DNA from: Dehalococcoidia bacterium
GTDB taxonomy: Bacteria; Chloroflexota; Dehalococcoidia; Lucifugimonadales; JAGWBF01
DNA: 64,000 bases
Assembly: GCA_965197405.1 (NCBI GenBank)
Contig: OZ240206.1
Location: 3,275,096-3,339,095 of the forward strand
Direction: 5' to 3'
Positions 33,945 to 41,919 of this stretch are shown in pieces; within the stretch, counting starts at the first letter, position 1, and each line of letters opens with the position of its first letter. The notes below the pieces were generated by a model. That model saw only the letters and a program-made list of their open reading frames with translations, did no database searches and was not told where the DNA came from. The translations under genes were made by a program, and so were the position numbers.

Positions 33945-35619
33945 ACGAAACGACCGCACGCCGGCGGCCCTCTACGCCAGGGTCTCCAGCGACCGCCAGG
34001 ACGTGGACCTGTCCGTGTCCGCACAGATGAGGGCGCTCAGGGACTACGCCGACAAGAACGACTACGAGGTCGTCCGGGAGTACGTGGACGAGGCGGAGAG
34101 CGGACGCGTGATGAACCGCCCGGAGTTCCAGAAGATGCTGGACGAGGCCAAGAGGACCGAGGCGCCCTTCGAGGAGATATTGGTCTGGAAGTTCTCCCGC
34201 TTCACCCGCAAGCGCGAGCACGCCGTCATTCTGAAGTCCATGCTCAGGCGCAAGGGCCTCCGCGTCGTCTCCATCACCGAGCAGGCCGAGGACAACCCCA
34301 CGGGCAGGCTCCTGGAAGGCATCATCGAGACCGTGGACGAGTTCTACAGCGAGAATTTGGCGATGGAGGTCTTGCGCGGAATGCGCGAGGCCGCATCCCG
34401 TGGCTTCTGGGTCGCTCCGATGGCCCCCTACGGCTACAGGAAGGTCAAGGTGCAGGACGGACCCAAGGAGAGGCCCGCCCTGGAGCCGGACCCCGAAACG
34501 AACGGCATCGTCAAGCGCATCTTCGACTTGGCCGAGACTCGCAAGGGGATGATGAAGATCGTCCGCATCCTCAACGACGAGGGCATCTCCAGCCCCAGGG
34601 GTAAGCTCTGGAACAAGCCCACCGTCCACAACATCCTCAGAAACGAGGCGTACCTGGGCACCCTCGTCTGGGGCAACAACGCCAAGGACGGGGCCGAGCC
34701 GGTGCGGGTGGACAAGGCGTTCCCCGCCACCGTCGCCAAGGCCCAGTTCGACCGGGTGAACAGGATACTGCGCTCCCGCGCCCCCAAGGTCTCCCACCCC
34801 CGCAGAGTCGGAAGCACCTTCCTGCTGAGCGGACTGGTCAAGTGCTACAGGTGCAAGAGGGCGCTATCGGGCCGGTACTCCAGCAGGGGCACGTTCCCCT
34901 ACTACGTCTGCCACTCCTTCGTAAAGCGCGCGCCCGGGTCCTGCGACTCGCCCAGGGTTGACGCACGGCAGTTCGAAGAGCTGGTCGTCGGCCTGATTCG
35001 CTCCAACATCCTGACCGAGGGCAACATTCGGAGCCTGGTCAATGTCGTGGACGAGCAGATGGACGACGTGGCCGGCGACGAGCGCAAGCGGCTGGAGACC
35101 ATCGAGAAGGAGCTTGCCGACGTGAGGGGCAGGCTCGACCGGCTCTACGACCTCGTGGAGACGACGACCGAGTTCAACATGGCCGACTTCGCCCACCGCA
35201 TCCGAGACCACAAGGAGCGTCAGGAGCGCCTTGAGTCCGCCGCTGAGGGGGCGAGGGCAATCCTGGCCCAGCGCAGGGCGGTCCTCGACGACGTGAAGAC
35301 GATCACGGCCTACGCCAAGGACATGAGCAGGTTCCTGCAAAAGAGCGAGCTGACGGAGCGCAGGGCCTTCATCGAGACCTTCGTGAAGGAGATCGAGCTT
35401 CTGCCCGACAACGCCGTCGTCCGCTACACCGTTCCGATGCCCGACGATAGCTTGATTCCGGGAAAAAAAGTCCAGGAGATACCGCTGAACGGCTCGGTGG
35501 TATCTTCCGTAAACGGAAGTCCACCAAACTTGACGGTAGACAGAACCGAGCCGTTCAACGCCATCTCCTCGGCGTCTCTCCCCGGTATGGGGCTGTCGTC
35601 GGGCATCGGAATCGTGTAG
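33937..35619 (+). CDS. Large serine recombinase (rec2)
   Basis: The N-terminus reads AALYARVSSDRQDVDLSVSAQMRAL. A recombinase domain, a zinc ribbon (CYRCKR...YYVCHS...C) and a coiled coil follow. AAGGAGGAG lies upstream. The last ~65 codons are antisense to rec3. Confidence 0.9.
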   Translation: MSERNDRTPAALYARVSSDRQDVDLSVSAQMRALRDYADKNDYEVVREYVDEAESGRVMNRPEFQKMLDEAKRTEAPFEEILVWKFSRFTRKREHAVILKSMLRRKGLRVVSITEQAEDNPTGRLLEGIIETVDEFYSENLAMEVLRGMREAASRGFWVAPMAPYGYRKVKVQDGPKERPALEPDPETNGIVKRIFDLAETRKGMMKIVRILNDEGISSPRGKLWNKPTVHNILRNEAYLGTLVWGNNAKDGAEPVRVDKAFPATVAKAQFDRVNRILRSRAPKVSHPRRVGSTFLLSGLVKCYRCKRALSGRYSSRGTFPYYVCHSFVKRAPGSCDSPRVDARQFEELVVGLIRSNILTEGNIRSLVNVVDEQMDDVAGDERKRLETIEKELADVRGRLDRLYDLVETTTEFNMADFAHRIRDHKERQERLESAAEGARAILAQRRAVLDDVKTITAYAKDMSRFLQKSELTERRAFIETFVKEIELLPDNAVVRYTVPMPDDSLIPGKKVQEIPLNGSVVSSVNGSPPNLTVDRTEPFNAISSASLPGMGLSSGIGIV

Positions 35620-36375
35620 CGCACCACGGCGTTGTCGGGCGTGACGACGATCTCCTTCACGAAGCTCTCGATGAAGGCCCTTCGCTCGGTCAACTCGCTC
35701 TCGTTCAGGAACATGCTCATGTCCAAGGCGTAGGCCGTGATGGTCTCCACGTCGTCCAGGACCTCTCTGCGCTGTGAAAGCATCGCCCTGGCCTCCTCCG
35801 CCGTGGCCTCAAGCCTCTCCCGGTGCTCTCTGATGCGGGGCTTGAAGTCGTCGATGTCCAGGTCGGTGGTCTCCGCCAAGTCGTAGAGCCGTCCCAGCCT
35901 TCGCTTCACGTCCACCAGCTCCGCCTCTATCGTCTCCAGCTTCTGCCGCTGCTCCTTGGCCACCCCGTCCATCTCCTCGTCCACCATCTTCACCAACGCC
36001 CTGATGTTGGACTCGGTGAGCACGTTCTCCCGAATCTTCCCTACGACCTTCTCCTCGAAGCGCCGGGCGTTGAGCCTGGGGGCGTCGCAGGTGCCACTGC
36101 CCCGCTTGAGGAGGGACTGGCAGACGTAGTAGGCGAACTTCCCGCTCTTGGCGTCTTGGCCGGAGAGCGCCCGGTTGCACGCCTTGCACCTGACAAGCCC
36201 GCTGAGAAGATAGGTGCTGCCCACTCTACGAGGATGGCTCTTCCTGGGTGCGCGGGAGCGCAGCTTGCGGTTCACCCTGCGGAACCGGGACTTGGAGACG
36301 ATGGCGGGGAATGCCTTCTCCACCCGCACCGGGTCCGCCTTGTCCTTGGCGTCGACGCCCCAGACCAGGATATGG
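35424..36375 (-). pseudogene. 5'-truncated large serine recombinase (rec3), lacking the catalytic domain
   Basis: It aligns with rec2 from LVWG..AKD..PVRV(E/D)KAFPA to the C-terminus. Homology begins abruptly near 36373. No resolvase domain is present. The GTG at 36329 on the track is an ORF-finder start only. Confidence 0.8.
35487..35556. other. 70-bp imperfect palindrome with an inner core; putative serine-recombinase crossover site
   Basis: GAACGGCTCGGT (35487-35498) pairs with ACCGAGCCGTTC (35545-35556). The inner core at 35496-35525 is GGTGG-TAT-CTTCCG-TAAA-CGGAAG-T-CCACC. Confidence 0.6.
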
Positions 36376-36543
36376 ATTATCCAATCAACACCAAAAAATC
36401 AGGTACACATGGGGGGTTGGGCTTGACGATTGATCACGAAGCCCAATGTGGTTCGAACCCTCGGGGTGGCCCGTAAAGGGGCAAGGGGGTCCACCCGGTA
36501 TACTCCTGGGCGACCCCCTTGCGATGGAGCACGACTATGCTCG

Positions 36544-36750
36544 TTAGGCCCGTACCCGACGCAGCAAGTACCAGCCTCCCCCTATCAGCGCCGGGACTCC
36601 AATGACTAGCAGCACGATTGCCCATACAGGGAACCCGCCGCCCTCCTCTTCGGGGGTCACAGGTGTCGGAGTAGTTGCAACCGTTGGGGTTGGCGCAGGT
36701 GGCACTGTGGTAGCCGTCGGCGCGACTGTTGGAGTAGGTAGAATCTCCGT
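36544..36750 (-). pseudogene. Orphan 3' fragment encoding a Pro/Thr linker, a TM helix and a basic tail (surface-protein C-terminus)
   Basis: My own translation of the third minus frame gives ...PTPTVAPTATTVPPAPTPTVATTPTPVTPEEEGGGFPVWAIVLLVIGVPALIGGGWYLLRRVRA*. No start codon gives 60 aa or more, so it is absent from the ORF track. Confidence 0.5.
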
Positions 36751-37148
36751 AGGCCCACGCCCTCGGCAGCCATGCCCTGGGCGATGAGCTTGGACTGAAG
36801 GGCCTGTATGTGGGAGGGTGCGAGCCGCGCCACTTGCAGGTGGCCGAGGTGGGGTGTGATGTGCAGGCGTATGATGCCCTCGTAGCGCTCCTTGGTGCGC
36901 TGGCGGCGGTTGGGGGCGATGATCTCATGGAGCCACTGGTCGAGCCAGTCGCGGAGGAGTATCTTGCCGGTGGGCAGGGTGAGGCCCTTGTCGAGGGTGG
37001 AGAGGAGTTCCCGGAGCTTGCGCTGAGCCTGGGCCTTGGTGCCGCGTACGGTGAGGTACTTGCGCTTGCGCTTGCCGAGGCCGTCCTGCCCGGTGTCGAG
37101 GGTTATCTCCCAGGAGCCGTCGCTGCGCCGCCGGAGGCTGCCTTTCAT
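36750..37148 (-). pseudogene. N-terminal fragment of a tyrosine (phage-type) integrase
   Basis: MKGSLRRRSDGSWEITLDTGQDGLGKRKRKYLTVRGTKAQAQRKL is arm-binding-like. RERYEGIIRLHITPHLGHLQVARLAPSHIQALQ is the SAM-like N-domain. No catalytic domain follows. The breakpoint is approximate. Confidence 0.65.
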
Positions 37149-37151
37149 GGG

Positions 37152-37331
37152 TTAGCTGTGTGCCCAAACCTGTATTTTGTATCCGTCTTCTGTTTTCTCT
37201 ACCTTTTCAGGGTCATACCCAAGACGGATGTCTTCTAGCCCCGCATCTTTCGCCATCCTTTCCCATTGTGTAACCAGGTTCTTGAGTTCGGTCTTGGTTG
37301 GTGCCTCGATAGTGCTGAATATGCCGGCCAT
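37152..37331 (-). CDS. Small hypothetical protein (59 aa, below the ORF-track cutoff)
   Basis: My own translation gives MAGIFSTIEAPTKTELKNLVTQWERMAKDAGLEDIRLGYDPEKVEKTEDGYKIQVWAHS*. A strong AGGAGG lies 7 nt upstream. The stop is 3 nt before the integrase-fragment ATG. Confidence 0.5.
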   Translation of the reverse strand: MAGIFSTIEAPTKTELKNLVTQWERMAKDAGLEDIRLGYDPEKVEKTEDGYKIQVWAHS

Positions 37332-37357
37332 AGCTTAGCCTCCTAATTCAATCTCTG

Positions 37358-37594
37358 CTAGTCCACCCGTCCATTATGCCGGATGCACTCCTGAACCAGG
37401 GCCAGTTGAGGAGATCTCAGTAGGCCCTTTCGTTCCCTTGCCAACTCAAGCATCTCCTGGCACAACTCGTCAATGACTGTGGTGGGTGCTGGCAAGTAGC
37501 GTACCTCAACGGTGGGTTCAGGTGTGCAGGCGACGATGGCGACGATGGCAGCCGTGATGAAGGCAAGCAACAGGTGCCGGAGGCTGCCTTTCAT
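37358..37594 (-). CDS. Small putative lipoprotein
   Basis: MKGSLRHLLLAFITAAIVAIVAC is a signal peptide with a lipobox-like IVAC. Its first 20 nt are identical to the integrase-fragment start. Confidence 0.45.
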   Translation of the reverse strand: MKGSLRHLLLAFITAAIVAIVACTPEPTVEVRYLPAPTTVIDELCQEMLELARERKGLLRSPQLALVQECIRHNGRVD

Positions 37595-37600
37595 GAGACG

Positions 37601-38023
37601 TTATTCCCTCTCGGGCGGAACTTCCTTGCCAGAAAGGAAGTCCTCCCCCGTCTCCGAGAGAAGTGTTCCCATTGTTATCTCCGCAAGTTTGATTATGACC
37701 TCGCTGCTCTCGGATAAGAGGCTTATTGATTTGATAGCAGCTTTGCCCAATCCCCGCTGAAACATGGGAAGCACGGTCACTGGAATGCCATGCAAGCGCC
37801 ATTCCCTAGGACTGCCCTCGCGTGACCAGGGCCATTCCTTCGCTGTACAGTCGGAGTATTCTTCTATGGTGCCATCAGCGCGCTCAAGGCGAGCGTGTGC
37901 GGCTTCGATTGTTCTGACCCTACGGACTGTTCCGTCCATGTCGGGGATTTCCGTTTCAGTTATTTTGACCGCCTGGGTTCTCCTTAATACGTTGGTCTTG
38001 TCCGCGAAGTTAGGGGCTGCCAT
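37601..38023 (-). CDS. Hypothetical protein
   Basis: This is an ORF in a lower-GC stretch. The start is taken at ATG 38023 (MAAPNFADK...), 1 nt after the TGA of a 56-codon upstream ORF. No motif was recognised. Confidence 0.4.
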   Translation of the reverse strand: MAAPNFADKTNVLRRTQAVKITETEIPDMDGTVRRVRTIEAAHARLERADGTIEEYSDCTAKEWPWSREGSPREWRLHGIPVTVLPMFQRGLGKAAIKSISLLSESSEVIIKLAEITMGTLLSETGEDFLSGKEVPPERE

Positions 38024-38255
38024 CTCAGCGCACCCTTGAGCCAGGCTGGAAGTCGTCATCCAGCCACCCCACGAAATAGCCTGCGTAGCGGGCGTGGGTA
38101 TCCTTGGACGTCGTCTTCATCTCCGACGCCTCCACCTCCCTCTTGTACTGCTCGAGGGCTTCCTTGACCTTCTCCAGGGTATCCCGGTCCACCTAAGAAC
38201 CTGTCTACGTTCTCAGGATATGTTAAATTGAGACTATTACCAAGGCAGGGTAATC

Positions 38256-38636
38256 ATGTCTCATTCCTATCCCAGCGACATCTGCCGGGAGCAATTTGCC
38301 CGGATTCTTCCCACGTTGGAGTCGGCCCGCCGACGGACCAAGCCCCGCACCGTGGACTTGTACGACGTTTTCTGCGGGGTGCTCTACCTCCTGAAAAGCG
38401 GGTGCCAGTGGCGGATGCTCCCTGCGGACTTCCCCGATTGGCGCACTTGCTACAAGTATTTCCGGCAATGGAGTGAGCGGCCCGACCCGGAGAAAGAGTC
38501 CATTCTGGAGCAGGTCTTAAAAACAATTGGTTGGAGCGGCCCGACGGAGCAATGGTCGAAAAGAGCAGACCAGCTTCTGCATCGTGGACGCCCAGAGCGT
38601 CAAGAACACGGACAGCGCCGAGAACAAGGGCTATGA
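38256..38636 (+). CDS. IS5-family transposase, OrfA (DUF4096-like N-terminal part)
   Basis: LYDVFCGVLYLLKSGCQWRMLPADFPDWRTCYKYFRQW is the typical N-terminal module of this family. It overlaps OrfB. Confidence 0.8.
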   Translation: MSHSYPSDICREQFARILPTLESARRRTKPRTVDLYDVFCGVLYLLKSGCQWRMLPADFPDWRTCYKYFRQWSERPDPEKESILEQVLKTIGWSGPTEQWSKRADQLLHRGRPERQEHGQRREQGL

Positions 38637-39048
38637 CTCGGGCAAGAAGGTGTCCGGGATTAAGCGTCACATCGCGGTGGACACACAGGGGCTGCCCCAT
38701 GCGATTCATGTGACCACCGCCAACGTTACGGACCGGGCTGGGGCTTTGGCGATGTTTGACCAACGCCGGGCCGACCTGAGCCGGGTGCAGCAAGTGCTGG
38801 TCGATGGGGGTTACACCGGGAAGCCCTTTGCCGCAGCGGTGCAGAGCCTGTTGGGAGCCTCGGTGGAAGTGGTGAAACGCAATGAACTGCACATTTTCGT
38901 GGTGCTGGCGCAGCGATGGGTGGTGGAGCGGTCTTTTGCCTGGCTGGAGAAGTGCCGCCGACTCTGGAAGAACTGCGAGAGAAAGCTCAATACCAGTCTG
39001 CAAATGGTGGTTCTCGCCTTCCCGGTGCTAATCCTGAAAAGATTGTAA
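38527..39048 (+). CDS. IS5-family transposase, OrfB (DDE domain), in the +1 frame relative to OrfA
   Basis: The sequence reads FCIVDAQSVKNTDSAENKGYDSGKKVSGIKRHIAVDTQGLP...VLVDGGYTG...VVERSFAWLEKCRRLWKNCE. The frame opens just after the A-run TTAAAAACA (38517-38525). Confidence 0.8.
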   Translation: MVGAARRSNGRKEQTSFCIVDAQSVKNTDSAENKGYDSGKKVSGIKRHIAVDTQGLPHAIHVTTANVTDRAGALAMFDQRRADLSRVQQVLVDGGYTGKPFAAAVQSLLGASVEVVKRNELHIFVVLAQRWVVERSFAWLEKCRRLWKNCERKLNTSLQMVVLAFPVLILKRL

Positions 39049-39072
39049 CCAGGCTCTTAGACATGCTCCTCC

Positions 39073-39756
39073 TTACTCCTGTGCGTTCACCCTCCACCGC
39101 GCCGAGCGGCTCGGTCCCGTTTCCAGGCGCGTGATGAAGCCCTGTTGGGACAGCTTCCGGCACAGCTTGCTGATGTAGCTATACTCAACCCCCATCCGCG
39201 AGGCCAGCTTTTCATATCCCTGGTCGTAGACCCCGTCCTCGGCGTAGTGAGACATCAACCTCAGCAGGGTCTTATGGTTATTGGGCGGGGGGCGTTCCTC
39301 CAACATCTGCAAGATCCGGTGCGCGTTGCGGGGTGCTGATATGCCGTCCTTCCAGCGTTGTACGGCATGGCGATGAACGCCCATCCTCTTGGCGATCACG
39401 TTCACCGGCCAGCCCATCGCCATGAGTGCGGTGATGGCGTCGGGGACGGTCGCAGCCTCTCGCCCTTTCGCTACGGCTGGCGGCTCCTCCGCCAGCATCC
39501 TGACCAGCGAGATGCGACGATGTAATCGGGGTCTGGTATGACCGAGCGACCAGTGTTGCACGCTCTTCAGTGTTGCTCCCAGCGTCCGGGCGATGTCTAT
39601 GGGCCGCCAGCCTTTGCCCTTCAACTCTTCAATGACTTGCGGGACGGGCACCTCGACCACCATAGCCTCGCTTTTCACCGGCCGAGTGTGTATAGAGAAG
39701 GGCCTGACCGGAGGGCGTGTAGGTCGCCCACCCCCCCCGGCCAGGCCCAGAAGCAA
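39073..39756 (-). CDS. Protein with three HTH-like units
   Basis: The three units are WRPIDIARTLGATLKSVQHWSLG, WPVNVIAKRMGVHRHAVQRWKDG and YEKLASRMGVEYSYISKLCRKL. The true start may be ATG 39663 (MVVEVPVPQ...). Confidence 0.6.
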   Translation of the reverse strand: MLLGLAGGGGRPTRPPVRPFSIHTRPVKSEAMVVEVPVPQVIEELKGKGWRPIDIARTLGATLKSVQHWSLGHTRPRLHRRISLVRMLAEEPPAVAKGREAATVPDAITALMAMGWPVNVIAKRMGVHRHAVQRWKDGISAPRNAHRILQMLEERPPPNNHKTLLRLMSHYAEDGVYDQGYEKLASRMGVEYSYISKLCRKLSQQGFITRLETGPSRSARWRVNAQE

Positions 39757-39772
39757 GTCGCTACTCTATCCT

Positions 39773-41875
39773 CTATCGGGAACGGGTGACGAATACCCCC
39801 ACGGCTCCGAGCGCCGCCACTATGGCGATGACCAGTGCGACTATGGGCAGGGCTCCGCCGCCGCCAGCCTCACCCTGGGCGCCGGGAGTTCCTGCCTCAC
39901 CCTGGAGACCCTGAATGCCCTGGGGGCCGACCTCACCCTGCGGGCCTTGCGGGCCAGGTTCGCTCCGCGGGCCGCTCGGCCCTTCCTTACCCTGTGGCCC
40001 CTGAAGACCCTGTTCTCCCTGGATACCCGGCTCTCCCCGCTGGCCCTGTGGCCCTTGCATACCCTGGGTATCCGGCGGGCTGGGCGGGGCGGGCGGTCCC
40101 TGCTCGCCCTGGAGACCGCGCGGTCCCTGTTTACCCTGTGGCCCCTGGAGACCTTGCTCACCCTGGAGACCCTGTTCTCCCTGTGGCCCCTGAAGGCCCT
40201 GTTCGCCTTGCTGTCCCTGAAGACCCTGCTCACCCTGGAGGCCTTGCTCGCCCTGGAGACCCTGCTCTCCTTGGGGGCCCTGTTCTCCTTGGAGGCCCTG
40301 TTCTCCCCGGGATCCCGTATCGCCCTGCTCTCCCTGGCCCCCCCTGCCGCCGCCGCTGCCGCGTGGCCCGGCCGGACCCTGTGGGCCACGCGCGCCTGTG
40401 GGGGCCTGAACCCTGACGGTGGTGGAGGGGCTGATGGGGGTCGAGATTCCCTGGTCGTTCTTGAGAACGCCGGACAATGTGCCGGTTGCCGTCGTGGACG
40501 GAGCGGTCACCACGTAGGTGAACCTTGTTTCATCCAGTAGCGTGAAGGTCACCTTTTGACCGTCCATTGCCACGCTTATATCAGATGGCTTGACGGAATC
40601 TGTCTTGTAGCTGAAATCGCTGGGTAGCGTCTCCACCACCTGGCCGAATCTGCCGTAGTTGGCAACCCGTATGGTCACCGTCAGGTCCGCGCCATAGTCC
40701 ACCTGTGACGCGGACAAGCTGCGGGTGGCCGTGGGCACCGGGACGTCCACCGTTACACTGGACTCTCTGATGGTGTGCATGTTGCCTTGGTCATCGCTGA
40801 GGGTTCCCGTGAAGGGATGGCTGCCCCCGGTGCTGGAGGCCGTGACCTTGTAGCTGAAAGTCGTATCACCCAGGAGGGTGAATGCGACCTCCTGGCCGTC
40901 CACCGCTGCCCGTATATTGGAGGGGTCAACGGAGCGTGCCACGTAGCTGAACCCGTCGGGGAGGGTTTCCGTCACCTTCCCGAAGCTGCCGTAGTTGCTG
41001 GCCCGGATGGTTACTGTAATCTCGCCCCCAGGGGCAACCGAGGGCGGGGAGAAGGACCTGGTGGCGCCGGGTTCCGTCTGTCCAGCCGTGACGGTCACGT
41101 TGGAAGCGCTTATTGAACGGATGTCTCCCGTGTCGTCGTTCACTGTGCCACGGAATGTATGACTGCCCGCCGTGTCCGAGGCGGTCACCTTGTAGCTGAA
41201 GCTCAGGTTCGCGCCCAGAAGGGTGAAGCGGACATCCTGTCCACTCGTGGTGGTCCTGATGTTGGATGGGTTGGTGGAGTTTGGCACGTAGCTGAACCCG
41301 TCGGGGAGGGTTTCCGTCACCTTCCCGAAGCTGCCGTAGTTGCTGGCCCGGATGGTTACTGTAATCTCGCCCCCAGGGGCAACCGAGGGTGGGGAGAAGG
41401 ACCTGGTGGCGCCGGGTTCCGTCTGTCCAGCCGTGACGGTCACGTTGGAAGCCCTTATTGAACGGATGTCTCCCGTGTCGTCGTTCACTGTGCCACGGAA
41501 TGTATGACTGCCCGCCGTGTCCGAGGCGGTCACCTTGTAGCTGAAGCTCAGGTTCGCGCCCAGAAGGGTGAAGCGGACATCCTGTCCACTCGTGGTGGTC
41601 CTGATGTTGGACGGGTTGGTGGAGTTTGGCACGTAGCTGAACCCGCCGGGGAGGGTCTCCACGACCCTCCCGAAGCTGCCGTAGTTGCTGGCCCGGATGG
41701 TTACTGTAATCTCGCCCCCAGGGGCAACCGAGGGCGGGGAGAAGGACCTAGTGGCGCCGTGGCCGCTGGCGCCGGCCTGGCCCGAAGGCCAGACCGACAG
41801 TCCGATTACCAGGAGCAGTCCCACTATCACGGTTGCCAGCCAGAGCGGTGGCAATGTCGTTATGTTTCTGACCAA
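39773..41875 (-). CDS. Secreted, membrane-anchored protein with five ~115-aa beta-sandwich repeats and a long collagen-like Gly-X-Y region
   Basis: The N-terminal signal/TM reads [23 protein letters not shown]. The repeat reads [42 protein letters not shown]...SYKVTAS..., five times. About 55 G-X-Y triplets follow ([16 protein letters not shown]...). The C-terminal anchor is a TM helix plus a basic tail ([26 protein letters not shown]). Confidence 0.85.
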   Translation of the reverse strand: MVRNITTLPPLWLATVIVGLLLVIGLSVWPSGQAGASGHGATRSFSPPSVAPGGEITVTIRASNYGSFGRVVETLPGGFSYVPNSTNPSNIRTTTSGQDVRFTLLGANLSFSYKVTASDTAGSHTFRGTVNDDTGDIRSIRASNVTVTAGQTEPGATRSFSPPSVAPGGEITVTIRASNYGSFGKVTETLPDGFSYVPNSTNPSNIRTTTSGQDVRFTLLGANLSFSYKVTASDTAGSHTFRGTVNDDTGDIRSISASNVTVTAGQTEPGATRSFSPPSVAPGGEITVTIRASNYGSFGKVTETLPDGFSYVARSVDPSNIRAAVDGQEVAFTLLGDTTFSYKVTASSTGGSHPFTGTLSDDQGNMHTIRESSVTVDVPVPTATRSLSASQVDYGADLTVTIRVANYGRFGQVVETLPSDFSYKTDSVKPSDISVAMDGQKVTFTLLDETRFTYVVTAPSTTATGTLSGVLKNDQGISTPISPSTTVRVQAPTGARGPQGPAGPRGSGGGRGGQGEQGDTGSRGEQGLQGEQGPQGEQGLQGEQGLQGEQGLQGQQGEQGLQGPQGEQGLQGEQGLQGPQGKQGPRGLQGEQGPPAPPSPPDTQGMQGPQGQRGEPGIQGEQGLQGPQGKEGPSGPRSEPGPQGPQGEVGPQGIQGLQGEAGTPGAQGEAGGGGALPIVALVIAIVAALGAVGVFVTRSR
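39850..40400 (-). repeat. Collagen-like triplet-repeat coding region
   Basis: A 9/18-bp periodic CCCTGnAGnCC pattern on the plus strand translates to GEQGLQGxQG repeats on the minus strand. Confidence 0.85.
40440..41815 (-). repeat. Tandem 345-bp coding repeats; the three promoter-proximal copies are nearly identical
   Basis: 41123-41467 and 41468-41812 are almost base-identical. 40930-41122 repeats the same sequence. Two further copies (40440-40930) are diverged. Confidence 0.85.
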
Positions 41876-41919
41876 GCTATTCCTCCTAATCTATGCTCTG
41901 TACGCCTCCGCTCCGGGGC

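Larger units (their letters stand above)
38229..39068 (+). mobile_element. IS5-family (IS427/IS1031-like) insertion sequence
   Basis: Two overlapping transposase ORFs are present. The imperfect terminal repeats are GAGACTATTACCAAGG (left) and GATTGTAACCAGGCTC (right, reverse complement GAGCCTGGTTACAATC). TT is present on both flanks. Confidence 0.65.

Noticed and set aside
36395-36475. A tRNA or tmRNA 3' fragment suggested by GTGGTTCGAACCCTCGGGGTGGCC (a T-loop-like TTCGAAC).
   Set aside because: The T-stem has a mismatch, there is no matching 5' acceptor strand or anticodon arm upstream, and no CCA is present. At best it is an att-derived remnant, and it cannot be supported as an RNA gene.
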